Shown piece by piece: positions 1 to 8,437 of a stretch of DNA of 50,827 nucleotides (position 1 is its first letter; each line of letters starts with the position of its first letter). Source of the stretch: a virus (taxonomy: Duplodnaviria > Caudoviricetes). Location: positions 1-50,827 of the IMG/VR virus record IMGVR_UViG_3300038429_000331, one strand, 5' to 3'. The notes beneath the pieces were generated by a model. It saw only the letters and a program-made list of their open reading frames with translations, searched no databases and was not told the origin of the DNA. The translations under genes and the position numbers were made by a program.

Positions 1-180
1 GTTCGCCCACTCCGCGAGCGCATCGATCGCGGCCAGCGTGAGTCCTGTCCATTTCAACTGTGCTGCGATAGGGAGAATGGACTTATACCAACTGGCGGGC
101 ATGACATTCGTCGGGAGCGGCGCCGCGGTGTCGAATTCTCCCGCGGCAGGGTTGAAGACGTAGGGTGCATTGCTCGGCGT
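1..180. repeat. Terminal direct repeat (circular assembly overlap), copy 1
   Basis: 1-180 is identical to 50648-50827 except G128 vs T50775. A minus-strand ORF reads through the junction. Confidence 0.95.
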
Positions 181-708
181 GGGAAAGTTCGCGTCGTCGA
201 ACCCGATCGTCATGTTGCCGATCGTGAGCGTGATGGAGTTCGAGTCGCTCTCGTTAACCACGGGGTAGGTCAACAGCACCATCTTGGAGGCCGTCACGCT
301 GTTGATCAGGGTCGTGTAGTTGTTCGACGCGCTTCCGCTGATGATGAGCCACTGGCCGGCCACGAATCCCGCCGCGATGAAGTTGCCCCCGGCCGTGTTC
401 ACCGAGTTGTCGGAGGCAAAGAACGTGAGGTCGGTCCGGGTGTAGGACGTCTGCGGGATGTTCGCGTCGGTGAACTCGATCAGATTCGTCTCGAAGAAGA
501 TGGATCCGACCAGCGGCCGGGGGAACGCGCAGAGCAGCCCTACAAAGTTTAGGGTGCCGTCCACGTCCTGCGCCGTCGCGATGGAGAGGTTCGCCCAGTA
601 ATTCGTGAGCGTGAGCTCTGCGTCGCGCGACGCCTTAATGGCATTCGCGATGCACTGGATCACTGCGCCGGAGAACTGGAAGAAGAGATTGGGATTGCTG
701 ACGATCAC
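1..708 (-). CDS. Baseplate wedge protein (DUF2612-like position), 5' part; continues across the origin into 50647-50489 (288 aa total)
   Basis: GTG at 708 overlaps the baseplate-J stop (GTGA). The frame MIVSNPNLFFQFSGAVIQ... is open to base 1 and joins the 50489..50749 ORF. It lies between baseplate J and the tail fibre. Confidence 0.75.
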   Translation of the reverse strand, partial: MIVSNPNLFFQFSGAVIQCIANAIKASRDAELTLTNYWANLSIATAQDVDGTLNFVGLLCAFPRPLVGSIFFETNLIEFTDANIPQTSYTRTDLTFFASDNSVNTAGGNFIAAGFVAGQWLIISGSASNNYTTLINSVTASKMVLLTYPVVNESDSNSITLTIGNMTIGFDDANFPTPSNAPYVFNPAAGEFDTAAPLPTNVMPASWYKSILPIAAQLKWTGLTLAAIDALAEWAN

Positions 709-2375
709 GGCCCTGCAACCACCGCGACGTTCGCAGCCGCGATCTGCGGCATTGAGTCGCCGTTCACCGCCGCCTCGTTCCCCCACGTCCCCGTGGTCAG
801 CGTGATGGAGTTTGAGTCGCTCTCGTTGACGAGCGTGACGATGCTGAGGGTCATCACCGTCGCGGTCAGGACGGTGATGTAGCCTCCGACGAAGTTGTTG
901 GAAGCGCTCCCGGTCACCTTGACGAACTGGCCGACCGCGAACCCGTTCGTGAGGAAGTTGCCGGCCGCCGTCGTGATCGTGTTCCCCGCCGAAGCGAAGG
1001 TAAGGTCGGTGCGCACGTACGTGGTCCCCATCATGGTGCTCACCTGGCTCGCGGTAATCGCTGCATATGCGAAACCTGCGAGGGTTTGGTCAGACATCGC
1101 AGCCGTCACCGGCTGCCCAATGCCGAGCAGCATCGCGCTCACCGCCGCCTGGACGGCCGACGCGGCGCCGGTCTGCACCGGCTGGTTCGGGTCGTACTTC
1201 ACCTGGACGTAGACCTGCTGGAAGGGAGCCACCCGGTAGTAGACCGGGAAGATCTGGCCGCCGAGGGACACGAATGCCTGGGCGGGAAGGAGGGTCAGCG
1301 TGTCGGAGGCGCCCGACGCCTCCGTGACGATGGTGACCTGGCTGACGATGATCTTGTTTGCGGTGACGCTCGTGATGTAACCGCCCGTGAAGTTGTTCGA
1401 CGCGCTGCCCGTTACTCCGATGAACTGTCCCACGGCGAATCCCGCCGTGACGAAGTTGCCGGCCACGGTGTTGATCGAGTTGTCCGCCGGGGCGAAGCTG
1501 ATGTCGGTCCGGGTGTACGCCGTCGTCCCGAATGGGAGGGTCGGGGCATTCATCGCGGCAGCGTAGGCCGCGGCGATGGCTGCCCCCGTGTTGTCCGCCC
1601 CCACGATGAGGAGGTAGGCGGTGCGCGCCGGTATCGACGTCCCGCCGGTGAGAACCAGCGCCGCGGTCGGCGAAGGGTTGAAGTAGATGCGCGACGCGGT
1701 GATCCCCTGGATGTTCTGCAGTCCGAGGGAGGCGCCGTTCAGGCCGACGTTCACGACGTTGCCCGAGAGGATCCTCTGGCGCAGCTGCGGGTAGGTCTCC
1801 AGGTTGCGGCCGATGATGGAGGCCGCCGGGTTGGTGACTGCCGTCACGTGGGGGATGCTCGTGGTGAAGGAGGTCAGGAGGCCGGGGGCGACGGCGATCG
1901 GTCCGATGACGTTCGCCTGGGCGAGGATGTTGACCGTCCCGCTAGCCGGAACCGTCGCGGTAGCGAGGGTCACGAAGTTGCAGATGGATCCGTACGCGGC
2001 CGCCGTCCCTGCCGGGACCGTCGCCCCGGTCGAATCTGCCGTCACCTGGAGGACCACGAGGGAGTACTGACCCGAGATGAGCGACGTGCCGATGATCGAG
2101 AGGATCTCCTGGAGCTGCTGCGTGGAGCACTGCGAGATCGAGAACATCTGCGCCGCGGCGAGGAGCGTCTGGTCGTCGCCCGCGCGCATGGCCCCGATCG
2201 CGAGGCACAGGATCCAAATGGCATTGCTGGCGATGGGCTGGAGCACCATCGCGTTCCCCTGGGAGTCGAGGACGCCGTTGGCGGAAAGCTGAGCGTTGAT
2301 GTCGACGAGCAGCTGGTTGGTGTGCTGGGCGGCGGTCTTCGGGGTCCACGTCCCGGCGTTGTAGACGAACGGCAT
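705..2375 (-). CDS. Baseplate J-like (gp47/JayE-type) wedge protein with two inserted ~75-aa beta-rich repeats
   Basis: Contains GATVPAGT...GPIAVAPG...VTNPAASIIGRNLETYPQLRQRI, typical of baseplate J; synteny fits. Confidence 0.85.
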   Translation of the reverse strand: MPFVYNAGTWTPKTAAQHTNQLLVDINAQLSANGVLDSQGNAMVLQPIASNAIWILCLAIGAMRAGDDQTLLAAAQMFSISQCSTQQLQEILSIIGTSLISGQYSLVVLQVTADSTGATVPAGTAAAYGSICNFVTLATATVPASGTVNILAQANVIGPIAVAPGLLTSFTTSIPHVTAVTNPAASIIGRNLETYPQLRQRILSGNVVNVGLNGASLGLQNIQGITASRIYFNPSPTAALVLTGGTSIPARTAYLLIVGADNTGAAIAAAYAAAMNAPTLPFGTTAYTRTDISFAPADNSINTVAGNFVTAGFAVGQFIGVTGSASNNFTGGYITSVTANKIIVSQVTIVTEASGASDTLTLLPAQAFVSLGGQIFPVYYRVAPFQQVYVQVKYDPNQPVQTGAASAVQAAVSAMLLGIGQPVTAAMSDQTLAGFAYAAITASQVSTMMGTTYVRTDLTFASAGNTITTAAGNFLTNGFAVGQFVKVTGSASNNFVGGYITVLTATVMTLSIVTLVNESDSNSITLTTGTWGNEAAVNGDSMPQIAAANVAVVAGP

Positions 2376-2386
2376 CGCTTACCCCC

Positions 2387-2743
2387 TCATCCTGGATTCA
2401 CCACGACGGTCGGCGGCACGGGTGTCGGGATGACCTGCAGACCGTGCGACGCGATGGCGTAGTTCGGATAGAAGTCGGACCGCCCCACCGATGCGAGGAA
2501 CGCCCGTAGCTGGGCGTCGAGAGTCCCGAACGCCACGGTTCCCGTGAGGAAGCCGAGGTAGTCGCACCCCGCGGCCGGGTTCTGAGGGCACATGCCGAGC
2601 TGCATCCCGCAGGCGACGCTCGCCTCCTGAGTGTTCTCCAGCGGACCGCTGATTATGGGAACGATGTTCGCCCCCACGCCCGGCACCACGAACACGTCCC
2701 AGGTGGGAGGAGTGCCGCCCTCGCCTTGCATCTGCATGTCCAT
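2387..2743 (-). CDS. Putative baseplate wedge / sheath initiator (gp25/gp46-like position)
   Basis: 118-aa ORF between the spike and baseplate J; function from synteny only. Confidence 0.55.
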   Translation of the reverse strand: MDMQMQGEGGTPPTWDVFVVPGVGANIVPIISGPLENTQEASVACGMQLGMCPQNPAAGCDYLGFLTGTVAFGTLDAQLRAFLASVGRSDFYPNYAIASHGLQVIPTPVPPTVVVNPG

Positions 2744-2747
2744 CGCC

Positions 2748-3377
2748 TCAGCCCCCCACCTTCACTTTGGCGCTCTGCGCGCTGCTGATGTTGAGCGCGA
2801 GCGCGCCGAGGCTCCCGCCGCTCCCCCCCTGACATCCGGCGGCCACCGCGGCCTTGAGCGCGGTGAGGAACGTCTGCAGCGCCGTGTTCAGGTTCTCGTA
2901 CAGGGTCATGGAGTATGTCGACCCCGCGAGCTGGAGCACGCCCCCCGTGACCCTGATGACGAACGCCGCAGCGCTGTTGTACGGGCCCAGGGGGACTGCC
3001 TTCAGCGTCTCCTGCGTGTAGTGCAGGGGGACGTCTGTCGGCGCGGGCTGCGGTGCCACCACCGTCTTGACGAAGTCGCGGAGGCCCACCAGGAGGACGG
3101 GATCTCCCACGCTGACGTCCCATTCGAACGACATCCCGCCGCCACCGCCGGGGAACAGGAGCTCGACGCCCTTCGTCAGCGTCGTCGGCATTTGCTGGCC
3201 GTAGACCTTCGGTTGGACGGAGTGGTTCACATCCACCGTCGCGGGGGGCGAGCCGTAGACCGCCGCGACCGTCCCGAAGTCCGCGAAGAAGAATTCCGCG
3301 ATGATGCTTTTGATCACGTCGCGATCCGTGGTGCTGTGGTTCTCGAGGAGCTTTCCGAGCTTGTCGGACGCGGTCAT
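2748..3377 (-). CDS. Baseplate central spike (Gp138/gpV-like OB-fold N-terminus)
   Basis: Start reassigned to ATG 3377 (MTASDKLG), overlapping the upstream stop. Contains VELLFPGGGGGMSFEWDVSVGDPVLLVGLRD. Confidence 0.75.
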   Translation of the reverse strand: MTASDKLGKLLENHSTTDRDVIKSIIAEFFFADFGTVAAVYGSPPATVDVNHSVQPKVYGQQMPTTLTKGVELLFPGGGGGMSFEWDVSVGDPVLLVGLRDFVKTVVAPQPAPTDVPLHYTQETLKAVPLGPYNSAAAFVIRVTGGVLQLAGSTYSMTLYENLNTALQTFLTALKAAVAAGCQGGSGGSLGALALNISSAQSAKVKVGG

Positions 3378-4273
3378 TGGACGTTCGCCTCCGCCGCAGA
3401 AGCCTGCGGCTGATTGACCGTGATCATCACCGCCTGGTTCTCGTCGGTGTCCGTCGCTAACGCGAAGTCGATGCGGATCACCTGGAAGGTCGTCCCCGCC
3501 GGCCCCCCGAGCGCCCCGGAGATGTCCTGGCGGAAGTAACGCGGGTCGGCGAACACGGTGTCGCCCGGGCGGATGGTGGGGATCCACGGGCCGTAGAAGT
3601 CGACTCCGCGCGCGGAGTGCCGCGCGTTGCCGAGATATTTCAGCGTGTAGGTGACGCCCGTCCCCTGGTCGCCGCGGTAGCAGAGGAGGTTGTCGCCGAA
3701 TGGCACGATGCGCAGCCCCACGTACTGCGTCGCAGCGTCATACGCCCAGAAGAGATCGACGAGCTTGTCGACGAGGCCCTTCGCGTCGCGGTTCCAGTTA
3801 ACGGCGATCGGCAGCGTGAACGGGGTGGCGTAGTACTGGAGGCTCAGCCCGAGGATGCCCGCGACATCGGCAAGCACACTCTGGAGAGACGATCCGGCGG
3901 GGTAGTTGCGCGTGATCGGCGTCGTCAGCCACGCCTCGGGGTCTCCGACGATGAGCTGGAAGACGGTGATCTTGTCAGGGCCCGGCTGCTCGGTGAAGGC
4001 GTTCCACACGGTCCCGCTGATCGTGCTGTGCAGGTACCCTGCGTAGCCCGCCTGGATTCGGATCTTCGCGTAGTTCGTCAGGGGCACGCTGGTCTCGAAG
4101 TTCCAAACGCGGAGCTCGATATTCATCGGCTGAGAGGCCGAGACGAACGTCCCGCTGATGCGGATCCCGGGCTTCCGCCCCGCAGGCGGGGTGGCGACCT
4201 GCGCGAGGACGTTCCCGTTCGCGTCGTAGAACGTGAGCTGAACCTGCTTGTCGAAGAGCGGGAGCGTCGCCAC
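3374..4273 (-). CDS. Baseplate hub protein
   Basis: Motifs IELRVWN, IRIQAGY and PWIPTIRPGD; lies upstream of the spike. Confidence 0.75.
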   Translation of the reverse strand: MATLPLFDKQVQLTFYDANGNVLAQVATPPAGRKPGIRISGTFVSASQPMNIELRVWNFETSVPLTNYAKIRIQAGYAGYLHSTISGTVWNAFTEQPGPDKITVFQLIVGDPEAWLTTPITRNYPAGSSLQSVLADVAGILGLSLQYYATPFTLPIAVNWNRDAKGLVDKLVDLFWAYDAATQYVGLRIVPFGDNLLCYRGDQGTGVTYTLKYLGNARHSARGVDFYGPWIPTIRPGDTVFADPRYFRQDISGALGGPAGTTFQVIRIDFALATDTDENQAVMITVNQPQASAAEANVQ

Positions 4274-4274
4274 G

Positions 4275-4580
4275 CTACGGCCCCCAGTCCAGCAGCAGCA
4301 GCGCGGAGTTGAAGATGTCCGGCTGACCGAACGCCGCGAGCGGGGAGACCCACACGAGGCCGAAGTCGGTGTAGCCCGTCCAGTTGATGACGCCCGGGAT
4401 GCACCCGAAGAGCCGCACCTCCCCCGACGGGAGCGTCGCCCACCCGATCCACTGCGAGCCCGTCCACATGAGGTTGAGCTGCCATGCGCCGTCCTGATTC
4501 TTCGTCTCGAACTGGAAGTTGACGGCCGAGGTGTCTCCCTGAGCGATGTTGACCAGGCAGATCGTTTTGATGGGCCTCAT
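4275..4580 (-). CDS. Small baseplate (plug-type) protein
   Basis: 101 aa, aromatic beta-rich (WQLNLMWTGSQW); synteny between Dit-like and hub genes. Confidence 0.6.
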   Translation of the reverse strand: MRPIKTICLVNIAQGDTSAVNFQFETKNQDGAWQLNLMWTGSQWIGWATLPSGEVRLFGCIPGVINWTGYTDFGLVWVSPLAAFGQPDIFNSALLLLDWGP

Positions 4581-5254
4581 CCGAAGCTCACTCCCGGGAT
4601 CGCCGCGAGGCTCACTCCCGATGCGCTCGAGGGCGCCTGGATGGCGTTCTCAGTCGTGCCCAGGTCCTCGGGCGTCCCGTACGCCGTTCCGTCGGCCGGA
4701 GAGGCGGCGGCCGTCACGGGGTTCACGACGACGCCATTCGCCCCCACCACCTGGACGTTTAGCTCCACGAGGTGCAGCCGCACGAGGATCGCATTCTCCT
4801 CGTCAGGGGTGGGCTCATACTCGAAGCGCTGGACGACGATCTGCCAGAGCTTCTGGAATTTGTCGAAGAAGCCGACCTGCTGGCGGCTCATGTAGGCGTT
4901 GTCCAGAGCGGCGAGCATCATCCCGATCGACGGCATGAACCGCGAGGTGATCTCAAACGGCAGCCCCCCGACGTGGGCCTCGATCTCCCACTCGTGAGGG
5001 CCGGGCGCGACGTTGTCCGTGGCGTTCTGCTTCCCTTGGTTGAGGTTGATGACGACGCGCCGCGAGACGGCCGACTCGCCGTAGCACCTGTAGTGGTGGC
5101 AGCTCAGGGGCACGGGGGTCGTGATCGGGACCGGATCCGTCACCGATCCATTCGGGGGCACCGGGCACACGAGGACGGGCTTCAGGACATACTGCTTGAT
5201 GAGCGTGATCGCGTAGGCGGAGTTGGACGCGAGGAGGCTGATGATGTTCGCCAT
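4577..5254 (-). CDS. Dit-like / tail tube initiator baseplate protein
   Basis: Start reassigned to ATG 5254 (MANIISLL), overlapping the TMP stop. Contains a TDNVAPGP.EW.IE motif; directly follows the tape measure gene. Confidence 0.65.
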   Translation of the reverse strand: MANIISLLASNSAYAITLIKQYVLKPVLVCPVPPNGSVTDPVPITTPVPLSCHHYRCYGESAVSRRVVINLNQGKQNATDNVAPGPHEWEIEAHVGGLPFEITSRFMPSIGMMLAALDNAYMSRQQVGFFDKFQKLWQIVVQRFEYEPTPDEENAILVRLHLVELNVQVVGANGVVVNPVTAAASPADGTAYGTPEDLGTTENAIQAPSSASGVSLAAIPGVSFG

Positions 5255-6396
5255 CAGCGCGCCCCGCTGTTGAAGGACCGCTGCGCGACGTCGCTGAGGC
5301 CCTGCCCCGTGGCCTTGACGCCCGCGCTCGTCTTGTCCTCGATGGTGATCTTCACGGTGCCGCCGCCGTACAACTCGCGGGGGACGAGGCCCCGCAGGAC
5401 GTCCGGAACGGCCGTCGACCTCCTTGGGCTGGGGATGAGGGGATTGCTGTTGTTCGCCCAGTCCTGGATGCTCTTCGGGAGCATCTTCGCCATAGTCTCG
5501 CCGAAGTCGCTCAGCTTCGAGGGGTCGAACTTCCCGTGAAAGAGCTTGTCGATAAAGGTTACGATGTCGATCATCCCGTGGATGAAGCCGAGCACGCCGG
5601 AGGTCATCGTGCCGAACACCGCCGCGAGGTCCTTGATCGTCTGGATGATGTCGGCCTTGTCCTTCTTCATGAAGTCGTTGAACCCCTGGAGGGCGGGCTG
5701 CGCGTCCTGCAGGAAGCTCATCGCGAAGAGCGCCTCCGACTCCTTCACCGTCGCGTTGAAGAGCCCGAGGTCCATCTGCGGGCCGATCGCCCCCCGGATC
5801 TCCCCCTGCGTCGTCATGATCGACCCGCCCGCCCGGGCGAGCATTCCGGCCGTGTTCGCTCCGAGGTAGTTCTCGGCGGTGACGAGCCGGTTGCCCGTCG
5901 TGCCGAGCAGAGAGTCCAGCGCGTTCCGAACCCGCGCCTCGCCGACCTTGTCGCCCTTCCCCTGGTACTGGCGGATGAGCTTCGCCGCGTTGTCGAGCAG
6001 CTGGGTGGCAAGCTGCGTCGGCGGGACGCCCTGCCATTTCGACACGCCGAGGATCCCCATCATGTCGATGAACTTCTGGTTGTCCGGCGTGATTCCCCGC
6101 CCGAGGTTGGCGGTGATGTCCATCAGCCCCTTGAGGGAGCTCGCCATCTCGTCGGCGCTCCCCCCGACCATGTCCGCCATGATCTGCCACTGCTTAAGCT
6201 CGATCGTGCTGATGCCGATCTGCGCAGAGGTCGTGTTGAGTATCGCCTGCTGCTCGTTGATCTTCCCCATCGCGGCGAGAAGCTGCATCATCCCTTCGCC
6301 GACCTTGAGCAGCGCGAACCCCTTGAGGATCCCTGCGATGTTCGACAGCGCGCCAGCGCCCTTGGCGAACGAGGCGTCGTCGGTCTGCATGCGCAA
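5254..6396 (-). CDS. Tape measure protein (short, ~380 aa; true start uncertain, possibly 6417 or 6426)
   Basis: Ala/Gly/Met-rich helical protein (SAQIGISTIELKQWQIMADMVGGSADEM) downstream of the tail chaperone. Confidence 0.8.
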   Translation of the reverse strand: MRMQTDDASFAKGAGALSNIAGILKGFALLKVGEGMMQLLAAMGKINEQQAILNTTSAQIGISTIELKQWQIMADMVGGSADEMASSLKGLMDITANLGRGITPDNQKFIDMMGILGVSKWQGVPPTQLATQLLDNAAKLIRQYQGKGDKVGEARVRNALDSLLGTTGNRLVTAENYLGANTAGMLARAGGSIMTTQGEIRGAIGPQMDLGLFNATVKESEALFAMSFLQDAQPALQGFNDFMKKDKADIIQTIKDLAAVFGTMTSGVLGFIHGMIDIVTFIDKLFHGKFDPSKLSDFGETMAKMLPKSIQDWANNSNPLIPSPRRSTAVPDVLRGLVPRELYGGGTVKITIEDKTSAGVKATGQGLSDVAQRSFNSGAR

Positions 6397-6413
6397 TGAG
6401 GCCCAGAACCCCC

Positions 6414-7226
6414 CTATGTCTTCGATGGGGATAGCCCTCTTCTTTTGGCGAGAGAGTCAGCAATTTTCCGTTTGGACTCCTCTGAATGATGTTGACCGAG
6501 CATAGGATGGACTCTCCCGTGCCAGAGCCCGACTCCTTTGTGGGCCTCGGCGATCTTCCTCCTTGTTTCTTCAGAATGATGCTTGCCAAACATCGGATGA
6601 TTCTCTCCGGAGAACCTTCCTTTTCGGGTCTCTGATAGTTTTCGCCTGGCCTGCTCGGACATGGGCTTTCCTTTATTCCATGCCACCTGGAGACCTTTCT
6701 TTCCCTTGTTCCAGGGACCTCGTCCATTGAAACTGCCTTTGTTCTTTTTCCCGGTCTCTCGGCAGGCCTCAATAGTGGCCTTCGAAGCCGGCACTCCGAA
6801 ATGAGGAGCGAGCGGTCCGCTACGGCCATACATCGGTTGCTTCTCGGGAGGAAGCCCTTTATTCCACGGGACCCTGCCGCGGTGGGATGATATCTTGCGC
6901 CGCGTTTCCTCGCTGACAGTGAATTGCTGGCCTCCTCCGGTCGTGAGGTTGTATCCCGCCGGCGCGAACGTCCCGAGTTCTCGGATGAAGAAGGCTTCCC
7001 ACTCATTGAGCAGTCCCCGAGGAACGCCGTCGATTGTCGTGAACACGAAATCGTCTATGCCATGCTTGGCGATTGCTCTGCCGAACAGGAAACTGTTCTT
7101 AGAACCCCGCTTCACCTGCAGGACGTGGGCTCTGATCCGTCCCTTGAATGACATGACAGTCTGGCCGATATAGGACTTCCCGGAGGCCCTCGAGGTCGCA
7201 ATGTAGATCAGGCCATTTTCCGCCAC
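6414..7226 (-). CDS. Free-standing GIY-YIG homing endonuclease with NUMOD3 repeats
   Basis: GLIYIATSRASGKSYIGQT, E..FI...GYNLTTGG, and repeated H.EETRRKI / PWNKG motifs. More AT-rich than its flanks. Confidence 0.92.
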   Translation of the reverse strand: MAENGLIYIATSRASGKSYIGQTVMSFKGRIRAHVLQVKRGSKNSFLFGRAIAKHGIDDFVFTTIDGVPRGLLNEWEAFFIRELGTFAPAGYNLTTGGGQQFTVSEETRRKISSHRGRVPWNKGLPPEKQPMYGRSGPLAPHFGVPASKATIEACRETGKKNKGSFNGRGPWNKGKKGLQVAWNKGKPMSEQARRKLSETRKGRFSGENHPMFGKHHSEETRRKIAEAHKGVGLWHGRVHPMLGQHHSEESKRKIADSLAKRRGLSPSKT

Positions 7227-7229
7227 GGA

Positions 7230-7445
7230 TCACTTCTCCCACGCGAGATTGAGGATCTCCCGCAGCGCGTTGTCTGCGCGGATCCCGTCGAAGAGGTCCT
7301 CCCAGTTCCGCGGCTCCCGCCGGTAGGCCCCGACGAAGCGGTAGTAGAAGAGCGTCATCGGCCCTACCTTCTTGGCGATGTCCCTGGCCCGAGGATCCCC
7401 GCCGCCGGAGGCCGGGCGCTTGTCTGCGGCGGCACGGATTTTCCC
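7230..7445 (-). CDS. Tail assembly chaperone -1 frameshift extension (lambda GT-like)
   Basis: Slippery heptamer G GGA AAA at 7445-7439. The -1 frame reads GKIRAAADK...LFYYRFVGAYRREPRNWEDLFDGI to the stop at 7230. Confidence 0.75.
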   Translation of the reverse strand, partial: GKIRAAADKRPASGGGDPRARDIAKKVGPMTLFYYRFVGAYRREPRNWEDLFDGIRADNALREILNLAWEK

Positions 7446-7906
7446 ATGATGCCCGAGATGCAGACGTCGATGAGGCGCGTGAGTGCCGGAGGGTTGTCCT
7501 TGAGCTCGGGGAAGAGGTCGAACGTCTGGTCGACCTTCGTGAGGATGAACCCAGCCCCCACCTGCACGTCCCCATAGAAGACCAGCACCTTTTTCCCCAT
7601 GACCGCCATCTTGGTGATCTGCATCTTGCGGTCCCAGGGCATTCCGCCCCACGTCGACGCCTCGTCAAGGGCGCGGCAGACCTCCTCGACGGGGACGTCG
7701 TTCATCGATCCGGGGGTCCCGTCTGCGTTGGTGACTTCGACCTCCCAGAGGTCCATCCAGTTGAAATCGACTGCGCCGGCGCCCTTGCAGGCCCCGCAGG
7801 GCTTGCCGCTGATCTTCCCGCTGCCGCTACAGGCCGGGCACGGCTTCTTCCCCGCCGCCCGGATCTTCTCGTTCGTCTCTTTGATGAATGCCGACCCGTA
7901 TCTCAT
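7364..7906 (-). CDS. Tail assembly chaperone with CxxCxGxG zinc-finger insert
   Basis: Lies between the tail tube and TMP; contains the slippery site and CPACSGSG/CGACKGAG; AAGGAG RBS. Confidence 0.75.
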   Translation of the reverse strand: MRYGSAFIKETNEKIRAAGKKPCPACSGSGKISGKPCGACKGAGAVDFNWMDLWEVEVTNADGTPGSMNDVPVEEVCRALDEASTWGGMPWDRKMQITKMAVMGKKVLVFYGDVQVGAGFILTKVDQTFDLFPELKDNPPALTRLIDVCISGIMGKSVPPQTSARPPAAGILGPGTSPRR

Positions 7907-7947
7907 GCGCCTCTCCTTTTACGCCGAGACCCCGGAAGGTTCCGGTC

Positions 7948-8427
7948 CTACGCTTCGGTGAACGCCAGGTAGTGCCACTCCACGCGGTAGTCGGGGATGT
8001 CGTTGCCCGCGATCGCGATATCGTCGCACCGCTTGCACACGACACCCGTGAAGTTCTTGTAGTGCGTCACGCCGTTCTGGCCCCAGGAGATCCGGAGGAT
8101 CCCTCCGGCGTTGTCGCCGATCTGCTTCATGAGATGCGAGATCGCCACGATGTCGCCGAGCGCGGGGTTCCACGTGGTCGGGACCGCCGTCCAGCGGAGC
8201 GTCCCTGCCGAGATCGTGTTCGTCAGCGCGATCGCCAGCCCTCCGATGAGGGCGACGAGCTTTGCGCTGTCCATGAGCTGCTCGCCGCGCACGACCTCGC
8301 TGTCGAGCTTGAACCCGACGAGCGGAATGCTGACGCCGCCGAGGACGAGTGGGTGGTTCAGGACCGCCTGGAAGTCCCCTACGGTCTGGACTTGAGAGAA
8401 TCCCGGAGGGAGTGGAGTTCCTGCCAT
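7948..8427 (-). CDS. Tail tube protein
   Basis: 159 aa, immediately downstream of the sheath; beta-rich; GGAGG RBS. Confidence 0.75.
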   Translation of the reverse strand: MAGTPLPPGFSQVQTVGDFQAVLNHPLVLGGVSIPLVGFKLDSEVVRGEQLMDSAKLVALIGGLAIALTNTISAGTLRWTAVPTTWNPALGDIVAISHLMKQIGDNAGGILRISWGQNGVTHYKNFTGVVCKRCDDIAIAGNDIPDYRVEWHYLAFTEA

Positions 8428-8437
8428 GTCGAGCCTC

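Noticed and set aside
1-180. Biological direct terminal repeat of the virion DNA
   Set aside because: It falls in the middle of a baseplate gene, far from terS; more likely an assembly overlap of a circular contig.
6414-7226. Group I intron around the GIY-YIG gene
   Set aside because: The ORF abuts or overlaps its neighbours, leaving no non-coding room, and I see no P7-like core.
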